Assembly: GCA_030704615.1 (NCBI GenBank)
Contig: CM060733.1
Location: 34,844,001 to 34,908,000 of the forward strand
From: Takakia lepidozioides
Lineage: Eukaryota > Plantae > Bryophyta
Length of the DNA stretch: 64,000 nt
Reading direction: 5' to 3'
In this document: piece by piece, positions 1 to 11,300 of the stretch
How positions within the stretch are numbered: the stretch's first letter is position 1
Layout of the letters: each line of letters opens with the position of its first letter
Notes under the pieces: model-generated
Database searches by the model: none
What the model was told of the DNA's origin: nothing
The model's input: only the letters and a program-made list of their open reading frames with translations
Made by a program: the position numbers and the translations under genes

Positions 1-250
1 TCATTCCCTGTCAATGATAACTGTTCCCCATGTACTGTGACAGGCTGTGTCAAGCTGTGCCGAGCTGTGATTGGCTGTGTAAGGCTGTGTTGGGCTGTGA
101 CTGGCTGTGTCGGGCTGTGTCGGGCTGTATACCCCCTCTAAAGCCTGCTGCTGCCACCCTTAAGGCTCCTGTTGGTCTCAGTCTGCGCAAAAATTAAGGG
201 TACCCCACAGAACCCGTAAAAGCGTCCAAGTCCCAAGCAGCCCTCTAACA
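1..250 (-). mobile_element. Partial LTR of a Ty3/gypsy element (5' or solo LTR), same family as the LTR at 21326-22135
   Basis: Near-identical to ~21845-22135, with the same terminus ...CCCTCTAACA. No polypurine tract next to it. Confidence 0.85.
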
Positions 251-1300
251 TCTTGCCCCAATCAGTACAGTGCGAAGAGGTAGCCTGATTTTACAGCACC
301 GAGAGAAGACCCATGGACTTCCTCCGGTTCATCTTCAAACCAGACCCTAAGCAAAAAATGTGCAAGGCCTGAAGAGCACGGTCTATATTTTCTCGGGATA
401 AATTGTCCAGCAGTAAGAGGTATCATCAGCGTACATGGACAGTTTAACCATTTCCGGTGAGAAGGTAGGTAAATGAAGACCAACGATATCCTGCCTAGCT
501 CAAAGAGGTGTCTTAGAGAATGATTCTGCTGCAATGAGAAAGAGGAAGGGAGCTAAGGGGCATCCCTGTCTGACCGACCTTGAGATAGGGAAAGACTGGG
601 AGATGACACCATTGACCATAACCTTGTTATAGGCCGACCGAAGAAGGATCCCAACCCAAGACAAGAAGTGGCCATTCACGCCAGTCTTTTCCAGCGCAGC
701 TAGGAGGAAAGTCCAATCTATTGAGTCAAAAGCCTTAAAATGTTATCCAAAATCATGCGGTCTTTAAGGAAGCCAGTTTGTTCTTTCCTAATGATTTTTG
801 GCAGTAGGGGTTGGATTCTGAGAGCAAGCGCTTTGGCGATAATTTTCTAAGTAGTATTGAGCAGGGTGATAGGCCGGTAGTTAGCTATATTATCTCTCTC
901 CCTTTCTTTGTAGATCAGAGTGATGAGACCTTCTGAAAATCTGAGAAGGCATCAACTATTTGTGGAGAATGTCGTTGGTCATATAGAGGAAATCGTCACC
1001 CAGGGTAGACCACATAACTTTGAATAGCTCTACAGGTAGACCGTCCGGACCAGGGCTTTAAAGGGAGGGCAGGGCCTCCACAGCTTTCCCAAGTTCAGAC
1101 TCAGTAAACGGTTCTACCAGTTTGACTTTATCCTCCTCAGAAAGGGAACATGGGATGTTTCTGAGGAGAGCCCTCCTAGCCTCCACTACCTCAGAAGTGT
1201 GATCTCTTTTCTGAAAAAGCTGTCTGAAGAAGTCAGCATCAATGTTGGCCATCTTCTTTGGGACAACACTTTGGATACCAAAGACATCAGAGAGAGAGGG
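251..1300 (-). pseudogene. L1-clade LINE reverse transcriptase fragment (N-terminal and core part)
   Basis: Minus-strand motifs KSPGPDGLPVE, NYRPITLLN, KAFDSIDW, GCPLAPFLF, MYADD (~420-436) and SGLKMNRRKS, with stops and frameshifts. Confidence 0.85.
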
Positions 1301-1368
1301 TATCAAAGTGATTACCACATAGTGGTATGTAAGCTATTTGAATCATCCATGGTGTCTCTCTCAGTGGG

Positions 1369-1436
1369 AGGTTTACTATTTCATGAGCAGAAACCATGAG
1401 CCATGAGCCATGAGCCGCATGAGCCGCATGAGCGGT
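1369..1436 (+). repeat. Left terminal inverted repeat with CATGAGC subterminal heptamers
   Basis: AGGTTTACTATTTCATGAGC followed by 5 CATGAGC units. Almost the same terminus occurs at 28366. Confidence 0.85.
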
Positions 1437-2218
1437 GAGTCGAAGTCTAAGATACGCGGATTTCATGAGCGGACTCCTCCAAATTTGGAAATGCGGCAGA
1501 TTAAACAAGTATTAAAATAATAGTTTTTTATTTGACCTTGCCATTTTTGGACGTTCCAGATCATGTAATGCGGCGAAGATATGTCGTCAGTAACAAGTCC
1601 GCTCATGGTTTTTTAGATCCGCTCATGGAAATAAGTGACCGTGCAACGGGAAATCCAGTATACCACTGCAAAAGGACGTCGCATACTGGCCTGTATAGAG
1701 TATTCCGCGGTTTTACATGCCTTAACATTGGAATGAAGCTGACCCTTTTGCCGCGATTGAACCAATGGAGTCTGCACCAATACAGTCTGCAGTACTTCAC
1801 AATTCTGTCTTCTTCGGGTATTCGGCGGGAAAGGTTTGCAACTGAACTGGGAAATAGGGTGCCGCATTAGGGTTCGCACGTGCGAAATTTCGGAGCGGTT
1901 TGGTGTTGGCGAAGGCCGCCTCTGGGGGTACCTACGACGATACTTGGAAATGCGGCGCCGCATTTCCTTGTCGGAGGTCGAATGAGAAAAGCAAGTTTTC
2001 GGAAAGCAGAAAAACATGAACCCTCCAACATACAAAAATACATGCACGTGGAAACAAGTGAACGATATAGTAATATCTTAGTTCGAGCAAAACAGGTTAC
2101 TGGTAGGCAAGACATATGTCGGACCTTTCTGTGGCCAGAGTCTGAGGTACTGGCAGCAGTACAGTTCTACTATCCGAAAAGGATGGGCGTACCATTGTAT
2201 GGGGACCGCAAGCCAAGC

Positions 2219-5200
2219 TCACTGGTCCCCTGGATCCATATTCAGAAGAGTGTGAACCTCCTGGGGGCTCAACCCTGGTGCATGTATGAAGTGATGAGTT
2301 GTGGAATTACAACGGAGTCTCTTTAGGTACATGTAGTACAAATGCTTTGCAAGGGCAGTATGATGCCCCCTTGTTCGCCATGATCTGGAAGTCGGTGCAA
2401 TTGCAGGTGGGTAATTCTGAAATGGTGATGGTGTACACCTCATTGCGAACAGCTGAGCCCGTCGTGGCCATCTGATACACACGCCCGAATCCTGGTGGGG
2501 GCACTTCTGTCGAGCTCTGGATTGTACAGTTCATCCGAAGTGCATTCCCCATCCTTGTCTCGTTCACTTTTGAGGGAGGTCGCCGCCTCTTCGGTTTCCC
2601 CCAACGGTGTGTAGGATGCTTAGAGCTGTCGTGTCCCATTGTTCTTGCTCTCACAGGGGTCGGTGGTGGAGGCTGTGGAAGCGGAAATGGTTGTCTGGGG
2701 ACGTCAGTGCGCTGCACCATCTGAAATCCTGCGGCGGTAAGGGCGTCGGCCTCAACCTGACTCAGATCGCAGCCTGGTTCCACCGGCCACACCGGGAGAG
2801 CCTCTGGCATTGTTTGTATGCCATACTTGGGCTTTCCATACACGCAAGTCATAATGTCGTGCCTGCAGAACCAAAACTGGGTGGTTGTTGCCTCCGCAAA
2901 CTTTGCATGGACAAATCTTCCTGTAAAAGTAGGAGCAGGGACAGCCCCATCTGGATTCCTCCTTATCATCTCTAAACAACGTTGTCGTGTATCCACACGA
3001 ATTGCGGAACACCTTCCTCGAAACGACGGCTTTGTGCGAGCAATTCTCCACTGTGAGGCAAACACAGTCGTCTCCACAATGGCTTGGCCATACTACATAA
3101 CAGCGGGCGGAATCTGGGGCAAGGGAGCGGTGGGAATTTCTCGCACGAAATCCCCGGTTGAAGGCGACGGCGATCTGGAATTTCTTGGGCTTCCACTGCT
3201 GGAAGACACATTGTGCGGCAACATGACGGGACCTCGAGGTGCTGTCCGAATGTTCCTGTCGGATCTCCAGGAATCCTCTTGCACCCGGGTTCCTCTTCAA
3301 TCCTCCGCCTGACAGGGCGAGTCCGGACGTCCCCCTCTAGGTGTTCACCTCTGCGGTGCAGAGACGTCCCTTTGATCTTCTCTCGCAATCTGTCGCCCAT
3401 TTCACTGGATTCTTGGACCTCGAAGCTGTTCGTACCAACAATTCCTCCCTGTCCGGCCCAAAGCCCCATTGTTTGCCGCTCAGGAACTTGTAGTACGTGG
3501 CTTGCTGCATGATTGCTCTGTCGATGTCCTCCGTTGTGGCCGTCACTACGTCCACCAGATGTGCGGCAGAAGACGCTCGCCAGGAGGAGTGGACCGATTC
3601 TGCCATATTCGTGTTCGGCATGTCCGTGTCGGAATCCAAGCACCGCTCCTAGAAGGACACAAACAATGGTGAGGGACCAATCGAAATGTCCGTAACAGAA
3701 AGACAAATGAACGAAAATGACAGCAGCCTACCTCCCGCATGTACTGTCCGAACTGTCGATACCGAAAATGCCACCCCCCAACCAGCTGTGCAATGCTCCC
3801 AGATTGGTTGTCTCCACTGCACCTGACGTGTTCCACCAAGCCTCGATGATAGCAAACTTAACCTCCGCGTCATCAAATGTGGGTGCATCCTTCCACGCCG
3901 TACAAAGGACACGGTGTTCAGCCTGGAATGAGCTAGCAACAAATTTGGTAGTGTAGTGGGATAGACTCTGCATCCAATGGAATCCACAGGATCTCTCTTT
4001 CCCCTCCATTGGAACATTGGGGTCCTCACCGTACACACGCCGCACCGCTGCCCAGTTGGCCTGAGCGTTGTCTGCCATGAATCCCCTGAAATTGGGCTCT
4101 GGCAATCCCGCCCTTGCCATCTGCTCGTTTATGCCCTCCCACAGATGCATCTCGGACTGTGTGTCCTCCCCTTTCATCTCGCAGATTGCAATCGTCATGA
4201 GCCTCTTGGAGTGATAGTCATAAACATGCGCACCCATAGTCACCCACTGATGGTTTGTAATTCGCTTGATGTGATCAAACATCACCCAAGCATTCGACAA
4301 GTTTCCAGTTGTCATGCGAGTGACCAAGTCGACTCCACTCCCAGGCCCACACGTCGACATTTTGAAAATGTAACAACGATCGGATTCGCTGCCTTGCCCT
4401 GGAAACCTGCTACCTTGGATGTAGTCATATCCAGTCATTCGTTTCACCTCCAGGATTGAGTACATGTCCGACCCCCTGCCGAACTCCTGCTTGCAAGATA
4501 CGATGTGATTCCGCACATTCGGACTACAAACGTGCGAGACGGACTCCAAGAGGTCACGCATCTCGTCTTCGGTCAAGGGCTCTCGGTCGGAACCATCTTC
4601 AGACATGATTTTGCCAAGAGCAATCTTGTGGGCTGCCTTCAGCTGAATCTGCTTTGGTCTGGCTCCGGGGCTCAATTTCACCTCCTCTTTTATGATGTCG
4701 TGTGCTTCCTGCACAGCCTCACGCATGTTGCCTCTCGCCAAGGGGTGGCAGTGGACCCCAACGTGTATGCAAGCTCTAGTCAAGTCCGGGAGCAAATGGA
4801 TAACGTAATATTGCTTGGCTCTGCACATGGACATGCACGTCGGTGGTTCTTTGCAATGTGCACACTTGAAAGAACCCGCAGGAGCTTGGCTGGAGACAAT
4901 GAATGGATGATGCGTTGTGCCAGTCCAATCCGTCTCGTTTCTCCGCCCTCCTTTGGAGAGAAAGTGGAAGCAGGTGGGATTGAGGCACCTCAGCTTCCCC
5001 GCACAGAGGACATATCGTACACGAACACCATCAGCAATTTTCGTGCTACTGGTCTTCGTCACACACCAGGGGTGTCCGTCATGCTTTCGATCCATGTCTG
5101 TTAACATCCCGGAGGCTTTCTTTGACGAAGAAACAGGTGGAAACTCGAAGATGACATTGCCATCGACTTCGGGAGGCAGAAAAGTTACCTTTCTGACTGG

Positions 5201-5824
5201 GAATTTGGCATAGTCGAGAGCAGCCAGCTCGGAGCGAGAACCATCGAGGTGATGTTGTCGTAGGAGCTGCACAATGGACCGGGTTGGAGTTATGCTCGAG
5301 GGCACATGCGTAGCACCGACAGAGACGTCCATGCCGGATTTGAACGACCGTGTGGAGGACATGGGTACCTCAATGCAATCATCTTCCTCGTCGGAAATGT
5401 CGAATACGTCCACACGAGAAGCTATGGAGGGTCTTGACGGTCCAGGTCGGGAATGATTATCGTTGCATACCTCTCTGTTGGCAGTGGCCGCCTCTCGGTT
5501 TCCGGACTCCTTTGTGGATGGTGTGGGCAGCGACTGATTCGGAAAGGGAATGGGCATTCCCACAGCTCGGTACAGGATGGTGTCTGACGGGGGAACGTGC
5601 CATTCGATTCCGCAACCTCCGTCGTTACCTAGCACGACAATGGTCTCGTCAACCTGTCCAGGAACATCCTTCCTTTCTTCTTCCAAATAAACTGTGCCCG
5701 GTTTGAGCTTGAATTTGGAACAAAGGTAAGTTTCAGTCACTCTGCAAAGTCCTCCCTCGTTTGGGATCCAGGCTCTCCCAAGTTGCGGAGGACAGCAAAC
5801 TATAGCGTAGGAATTCGGAGCCAT
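2219..5824 (-). CDS. MULE-type DDE transposase with N-terminal GCM/WRKY-like zinc finger and C-terminal SWIM finger; one intron (3649-3731) and several 1-bp frameshifts
   Basis: GCM-like region DGHPW..CAGKLRCLNPTC..CAHC..HVGVHCHP (~4740-5085). WVMFDH (D1), FMADNAQANWAAVRRVY (D2), CGFH (CxxH), NMAESVH (E), CNCTDF..CPCKH (SWIM). The GT-AG intron restores the frame and is at the same position in the second copy. Confidence 0.88.
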
Positions 5825-6248
5825 CGAACACCGCACGGAGTTGGCAAGTGCGAGGTTCAGTATAGCGACAGACCAAGGCTCACAGGCACCATCTAAGTGG
5901 ATCTGCGGAGTCCATCGACGATTGGAAGTCGCACATTGAAGTGGAAAGTATTGTTTCAAGCTACATGCATGAAGGTGGGAGGTTTGATTCCATAGCCAGT
6001 AAGTATGACAATGATGGCCGATTCGGCGACGAAATAACATCTCCTGACAGTTTCTCCTGAGGGTGGATCCAGCAGTATTCTCGGTGCAGACAGGAACGTT
6101 CGCACTGAGAAGTGCCAGGACTGTTCGTTAAAACGGTCAGACAACCAAGTTGTGCTCATCAAGACTGGCCGCAATGTTGTTTCGGAACAATGCAACCCAT
6201 TCAGGTTCCAGATTTCCCGTCCCGAGTGATTCTTTCGATTGCTGGTGG

Positions 6249-7970
6249 ACGGAATACGGCGCCGCATTTCCGTTTGCTTCTTGGTCATGCACCAGAGCGA
6301 CGGAAATGCGGCACCGAGTTTCCGTCCGGGAGAAACCTTTATACTCTCCAGAACGGAAATGCGGTAACGCATTTCCATCCAGCAAGCACGGTATGTGAAG
6401 GTGGAACGGAAATGCGGTACCGCATTTCCGTTCTGATTGAGAATTATGAACAACGGGAACAGAAATGCGGCACCGCATTTCCGTCCGAGTCGCACTTTTC
6501 CGACATTCCAGAACGGAAATGCGGCGCCGCATTTCCATTTTGTATCTGATGCATGGAGCTGAGGGATAGAAATGCTGCAGCACATTTCCGTCCTTAAAAG
6601 ACATTCATACTCTCCATAACGGAAATGCGGTACCGCATTTCCATCCACCAAGCACGGTATGTGAAGGTGGAACGGAAATGCGGTACCGCATTTCCGTTCT
6701 GATTGAGAATTATGAACAACGGGAACAGAAATGCGGCACCGCATTTCTGTCCGAGTCGCACTTTCCGACATTCCAGAACGGAAATGCGGCGCCGCATTTC
6801 CATTTTGTATCTGATGCATGGAGCCGAGTGCGATTCCGACAGCTTCATACAGCGCAATTCCAACCGCTTAAGACATTCATACTATCCAGAACGGAAATGC
6901 GGTACCGCATTTCCATTCTGACTAAAAATCGTGAACTATCTGAACTGAAATGCGGCAGCGTATTTCCATCCGAGTCGCACCTCCCAACATTCCAGAACGG
7001 AAATGCGGTACCGCATTTCCGTTCTAACTGAAAATCGTGAACATCGGAACTGAAATGCGGCAACGCATTTCCATCCGAGTCGCACCTCCCAACATTCCAG
7101 AACGGAAATGCGGCACCGCATTTCCGTTCTGATGAAATATCCTGAAACATCGGAACTGAAATGCGGTACCGCATTTCCGTCGGAGTCGCACCTTCCGACA
7201 TTCCAAAACGAAAATGCGGCGCCGCATTTCCGTTTTGTATTTGAGGCATGGAGCTGTGGAACGAAAATGCGGCACAACATTTCCGCCAGCGTCAGACGTT
7301 AAATCTCTACAGAACGGAAATGCGGTACCGCATTTCCGTTCTGACTGAAAATCGTGCGCAACGGGAACAGAAATGCGGCACCGCATTCCGTCCGAGTCGC
7401 ACCTTCCACATTCTAGAACGGAAATGCGGCGCCGCATTTCCGTTTTCTATATGGGACCTGGAGCTGTGCTACGGAAATGTGTTGCCGCATTTCCATCCAT
7501 GTGAGACCTTCAAACTTTCGAGACCGGAAATGCGGCACCGCATTTCTGTCCAGGTGAGACCTCTATACTTTCCCGAACGGAAATGTGGCACGGCATTTCC
7601 ATTCATCAACTAACGTATGTGAAGGGGAAACGGAAATGCGGTACCGCATTTCCGTTCACATTGAAAATCATGAACCACGGGAACTGAAATGTTGTGCCTC
7701 ATTCCGTCCGAATCGCACCTTTCGACATTCCAGAACGGAAATGCGGCGCCGCATTTCCCTTTTGTATCTCATACATGGAGCTGTGGGACGGAAATGCGGC
7801 ACCGTATTTCCGTTCAACAACTAAGGTATGTGAAGGTGGAACGGAAATGCGGGGCCGCATTTTCTTCCAACAAGTACGGATGTGTAGCTTCGTGATGGTA
7901 CTTAACAGAAATGCGGCGCCGCATTCGCATTTTCGCTCCAACTCATCAGACGCTGGGACGGAAATGCCTT
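6249..7970. repeat. Phased array of ~31 palindromes GGAAATGCGGYRCCGCATTTCC with ~53-bp period
   Basis: Units start at 6301, 6354, 6407, 6460, 6514, 6567, 6620, 6673, 6726, 6779, 6892, 6945, 6998, 7050, 7103, 7156, 7209, 7262, 7315, 7368, 7419, 7472, 7525, 7578, 7631, 7684, 7736, 7789, 7842 and 7906. A few spacer types recur, including a ~266-bp higher-order duplication. Confidence 0.95.
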
Positions 7971-8364
7971 GAAATGTGAACACGTGGAGCAACGGAATTG
8001 CTGCACATGTCGGCACTCTATCTGACTGAAGGGGCATGAGGCGGCGCGGCCTGACCGTTGGATAATGATGTTTGTTTTTCGGACGGCAGGCGTACCCTGA
8101 ACGATTCGAATTTCGTAATGACGCAAAGTCCACGAGGAGACACTTTCGTCCAACCCTTTCGAACCCAAGTGGTGCATCACCGTCGTTTCATCTACTTTTG
8201 TCGTGTCTCCTCAGTCACCCCTCTCGCGCCCTTTCCATCTGCACTCTTCTCCCCTTTTCCCTCTCTCTGTTCTTCTTATGCTCGAACCTGAGAGGGGGGG
8301 AGTTCGTGCACCAGACAGGAGACCTCGTCGCAAGCTCCGGAAATTATACTTCGGACGTAGGCCA

Positions 8365-11300
8365 ATGCCGAAGGGGAGGAAGCAGATGCGTCTACAGGAG
8401 GAGATTGCCATCTCCGAGCAGCAGGCCACTCAGGCAACCCAGCCACCAGTGAGAGCTCCATGCGATCGGGCTGCGCGCAGCTGATCGAGCACCGAACCCC
8501 CCATTTTGCTTCTGTAATTCTTAGACTGAATGCTAGGAGACTTGAATGCAGAACATGTTTGCATGCCTAACAGGAAAGGTGGACGTGCTGGAGGGATCGC
8601 AGGAATCCGAAGAGCCGCAGGAAGAGTCCGAGGAGCTAGCTGCAGCACGTACACCCACCCGATCCCCGAGCGCGGGTATTCCTGCCGGGCCTAGCCCTGT
8701 GCGATTCAAAGACGCGGCTTCGAAGGGCAAGTTCAAAGCCCCAGAGATCGACTCGCGTTCTTCGGTCATGGAGAATCGCCAGCAGGGGTCGGGCCCTTCT
8801 CCAGCAAAGTCGAAGAAGAAGCAGCCCGTCCCTCTACTGGCTTCTGAACCGGCTCAGGCCGATTCACCCCCCCCCACGCGAATGAAGCAGCAGGGTAAAA
8901 GACAGATTCAATTGCAGCAGACACCTTCACCTGCAAGGATGAGGAAGCAGAAGGCAATCAGGGCGACGGCGAACAATCTCCCGCAAAACCGCTTCCACGA
9001 GCTGAAGCTCAGTTCCTGGAGGATTTCCCGCCTGCAGATGTTGGGGCCGACTCTGCTGCAGCGAAGGCAATGGGATCGACCGTTGATCTCGATTTGGTAC
9101 CGGAGGAGGGTGCTGCCGCTCAACGTTCGCAGCAAGACCTCACCACCGATGAGCAAGCAGGCCCGGAGGAGGCCTCTGCAATGGCAGAATTGCCCGCAGA
9201 CAGGCCCCAGAGTGCAGCTCCAGTTGAGGATGCTCCAGCTGCTCAGCCACTACCGGCACCTACAGACATGTCTCCGGAGGATTTCAAAAGTGCAGCGGAT
9301 AAAATGTTGGAGGAGACACACAGTAGCATTGGCAGAGTTCTGGGCAGCAGGGTATTCCAGCGGACTCTTCGAATCCCACTCTGTCGCATGGTCTCCCTTC
9401 CCATCGTCAGGCAGGCCCTTCCCGGAGATGTGGATAAGCTGAAGTTCGCATTTCGAGAAGGGTACCGTCTGGGATCGGCAGCGTTTTACGTTTCCATTGA
9501 GAATGAGGACGGCGAAACTCGTGGACCCACTGCCGATGAATTGTCAACGTGGGATACCCACTGGCACACTCGCAACGACGAATTCGAGGCGACGCTGAAG
9601 GGTGATCCAGACTTCGGCCATATGTCTGGTAAAATGTTCTTTGTGTGGGACGGGAATCACCGACTTCTCGCCTGGTGGGAGTACATCAAGCAGAACCATG
9701 CCAAGCACATTGGCTGGCATTACATGGTGGAGTGTGTCATCCTGAAGGTGAAGGCGGCAGACTCCTCCCTGCTCAAGAATGCCATGGCGGACCTCAACTC
9801 GTAAGATACTCATACCCTCCCTAGCACGTTCGAAATGCGGTGCCGCATTTCGGTTTCCATTCTGGTTTGTTTCCGTGCTTCCGTGTACTGAACTGGAGAG
9901 TGTGCCTTGCAGGGTCACTGAGAATGCGTACGTGCATACCCACATGGCACATATGCTGTACAGGGTGAGGAAAACTGGTCTCACTGATCCGCAGATGTTT
10001 GCGGAAATGCTGGAGCCCGAGCTCATTCAGAAAGCCGTTGCAAAAACAGACCGGACATGGTATCGTCTCACTATGGATGGAATGGTGGAGGTGATATACG
10101 AAGTAAGTCGTCCTCCATTTCCCTCTGCTCATCCTTCCCCAATTTCCAGTAATCTTTCCACATGAATCGAATGTAACGCTTCTGCATGTTTTTGTTGGCA
10201 GTCAAACATCAAGCTGGATTTGGCCCATGCCAAACGCTTCTTCATGGAAAGTGAGGGGCAGGTGAAAACGTTGCAGTCATTGACTGAGCACTTGAAGGAA
10301 GCCGGTGTCAAGTCCAGAACCAAATACAAGTCAAAGCTTGTGAAGCTGGTGGCAATTGCAGATCCGGCACTTGGAAAGGACTTCATCCCCGAGATTGCAA
10401 AACACTATTCTCGGGCCATGCAGCCGACCATGCAATTGGAGAAACTGCATCACCTCTCAACGGCATGTGTGGAGGCGAAAGAGAAGGTGAGGTTTCAATG
10501 CACTGAAGTTCCTTCCTAGCAATAGCCACTCTCTTCCAGCTCCTGACATTGGATCGGAAATGGCAGACACGGTGGCTGTCGATCTGGAATGCATCCGAGA
10601 GCATAAGGACAATGTGGTCTTTTCCACTGGAAGTTTCCGACCCTGCAGTGGATGTGTGGCTCAACCGTATGACTTGGTGGTTCCAGGTAATTCAAGGTAC
10701 TTCCCCAGATTTGCTTTTCTGAAATGAATTCCCTGAACTGCTACGTGACAATGCATTTGGGAATCGCAGGTAATGTCGAATGCGAAGGAGCAAGTCGTAA
10801 TGCACACAAATTCGTTCGGCTTGTACGTCAAATGGGATGGAACACAGACATTGGAAGACTACGTGACACGTTTCAGATGTGCGTACAAGGACAACCTTTT
10901 CGCCAGAGAGCTACAGACAGCAAGAAGGAGCGTGGAGTTTACACATCAGGAGGGAGCGGGGAAAGCTGCAATGCGAATTGTTTACAGGTGAAGCACAGCT
11001 GCCCTTGTATGCGAAGCCTGGTTACGAGGTTTGTCTCGGAAATGCGGCACCGCATTCGCATTTTATGTTTTCGTTGGCACTCTGCAAGTAGTTGGTCTCA
11101 ACTTTTGCTCACGCATGCTGACTGCCTTGCAGGTATATGAAATACGTGCTCCTTCAGACAGGGGCCCTGGCTCAAGAGCCCCCGTTCTTCATGGCTTGGA
11201 CCGTGGCGGGCCCAAGCTGTGTGTACACACCCGAGATGCAGAAACAATGGCATCCCGCGCATCTCGTTGGATGCCCGTGGTACCTGGACATGTCTGCGGT

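Noticed and set aside
2219-5824. Zisupton/KDZ transposase, suggested by the SWIM finger
   Set aside because: The D..D(CxxH)..E pattern with FMAD and NxAES motifs and a C-terminal SWIM fits Mutator better. An HMM search is needed to be certain.
6249-7970. CRISPR array (palindromic repeat plus ~30-bp spacers)
   Set aside because: Spacers recur in higher-order blocks, there are no cas genes, the same motif is dispersed in introns, and the context is eukaryotic.
5956-8133. Many ORFs with RKCGTAFP, EMRRRIS or GNAAPHF repeats (also at 13443-14366)
   Set aside because: These are translations of the stop-free palindrome in all six frames and show no independent coding signal.
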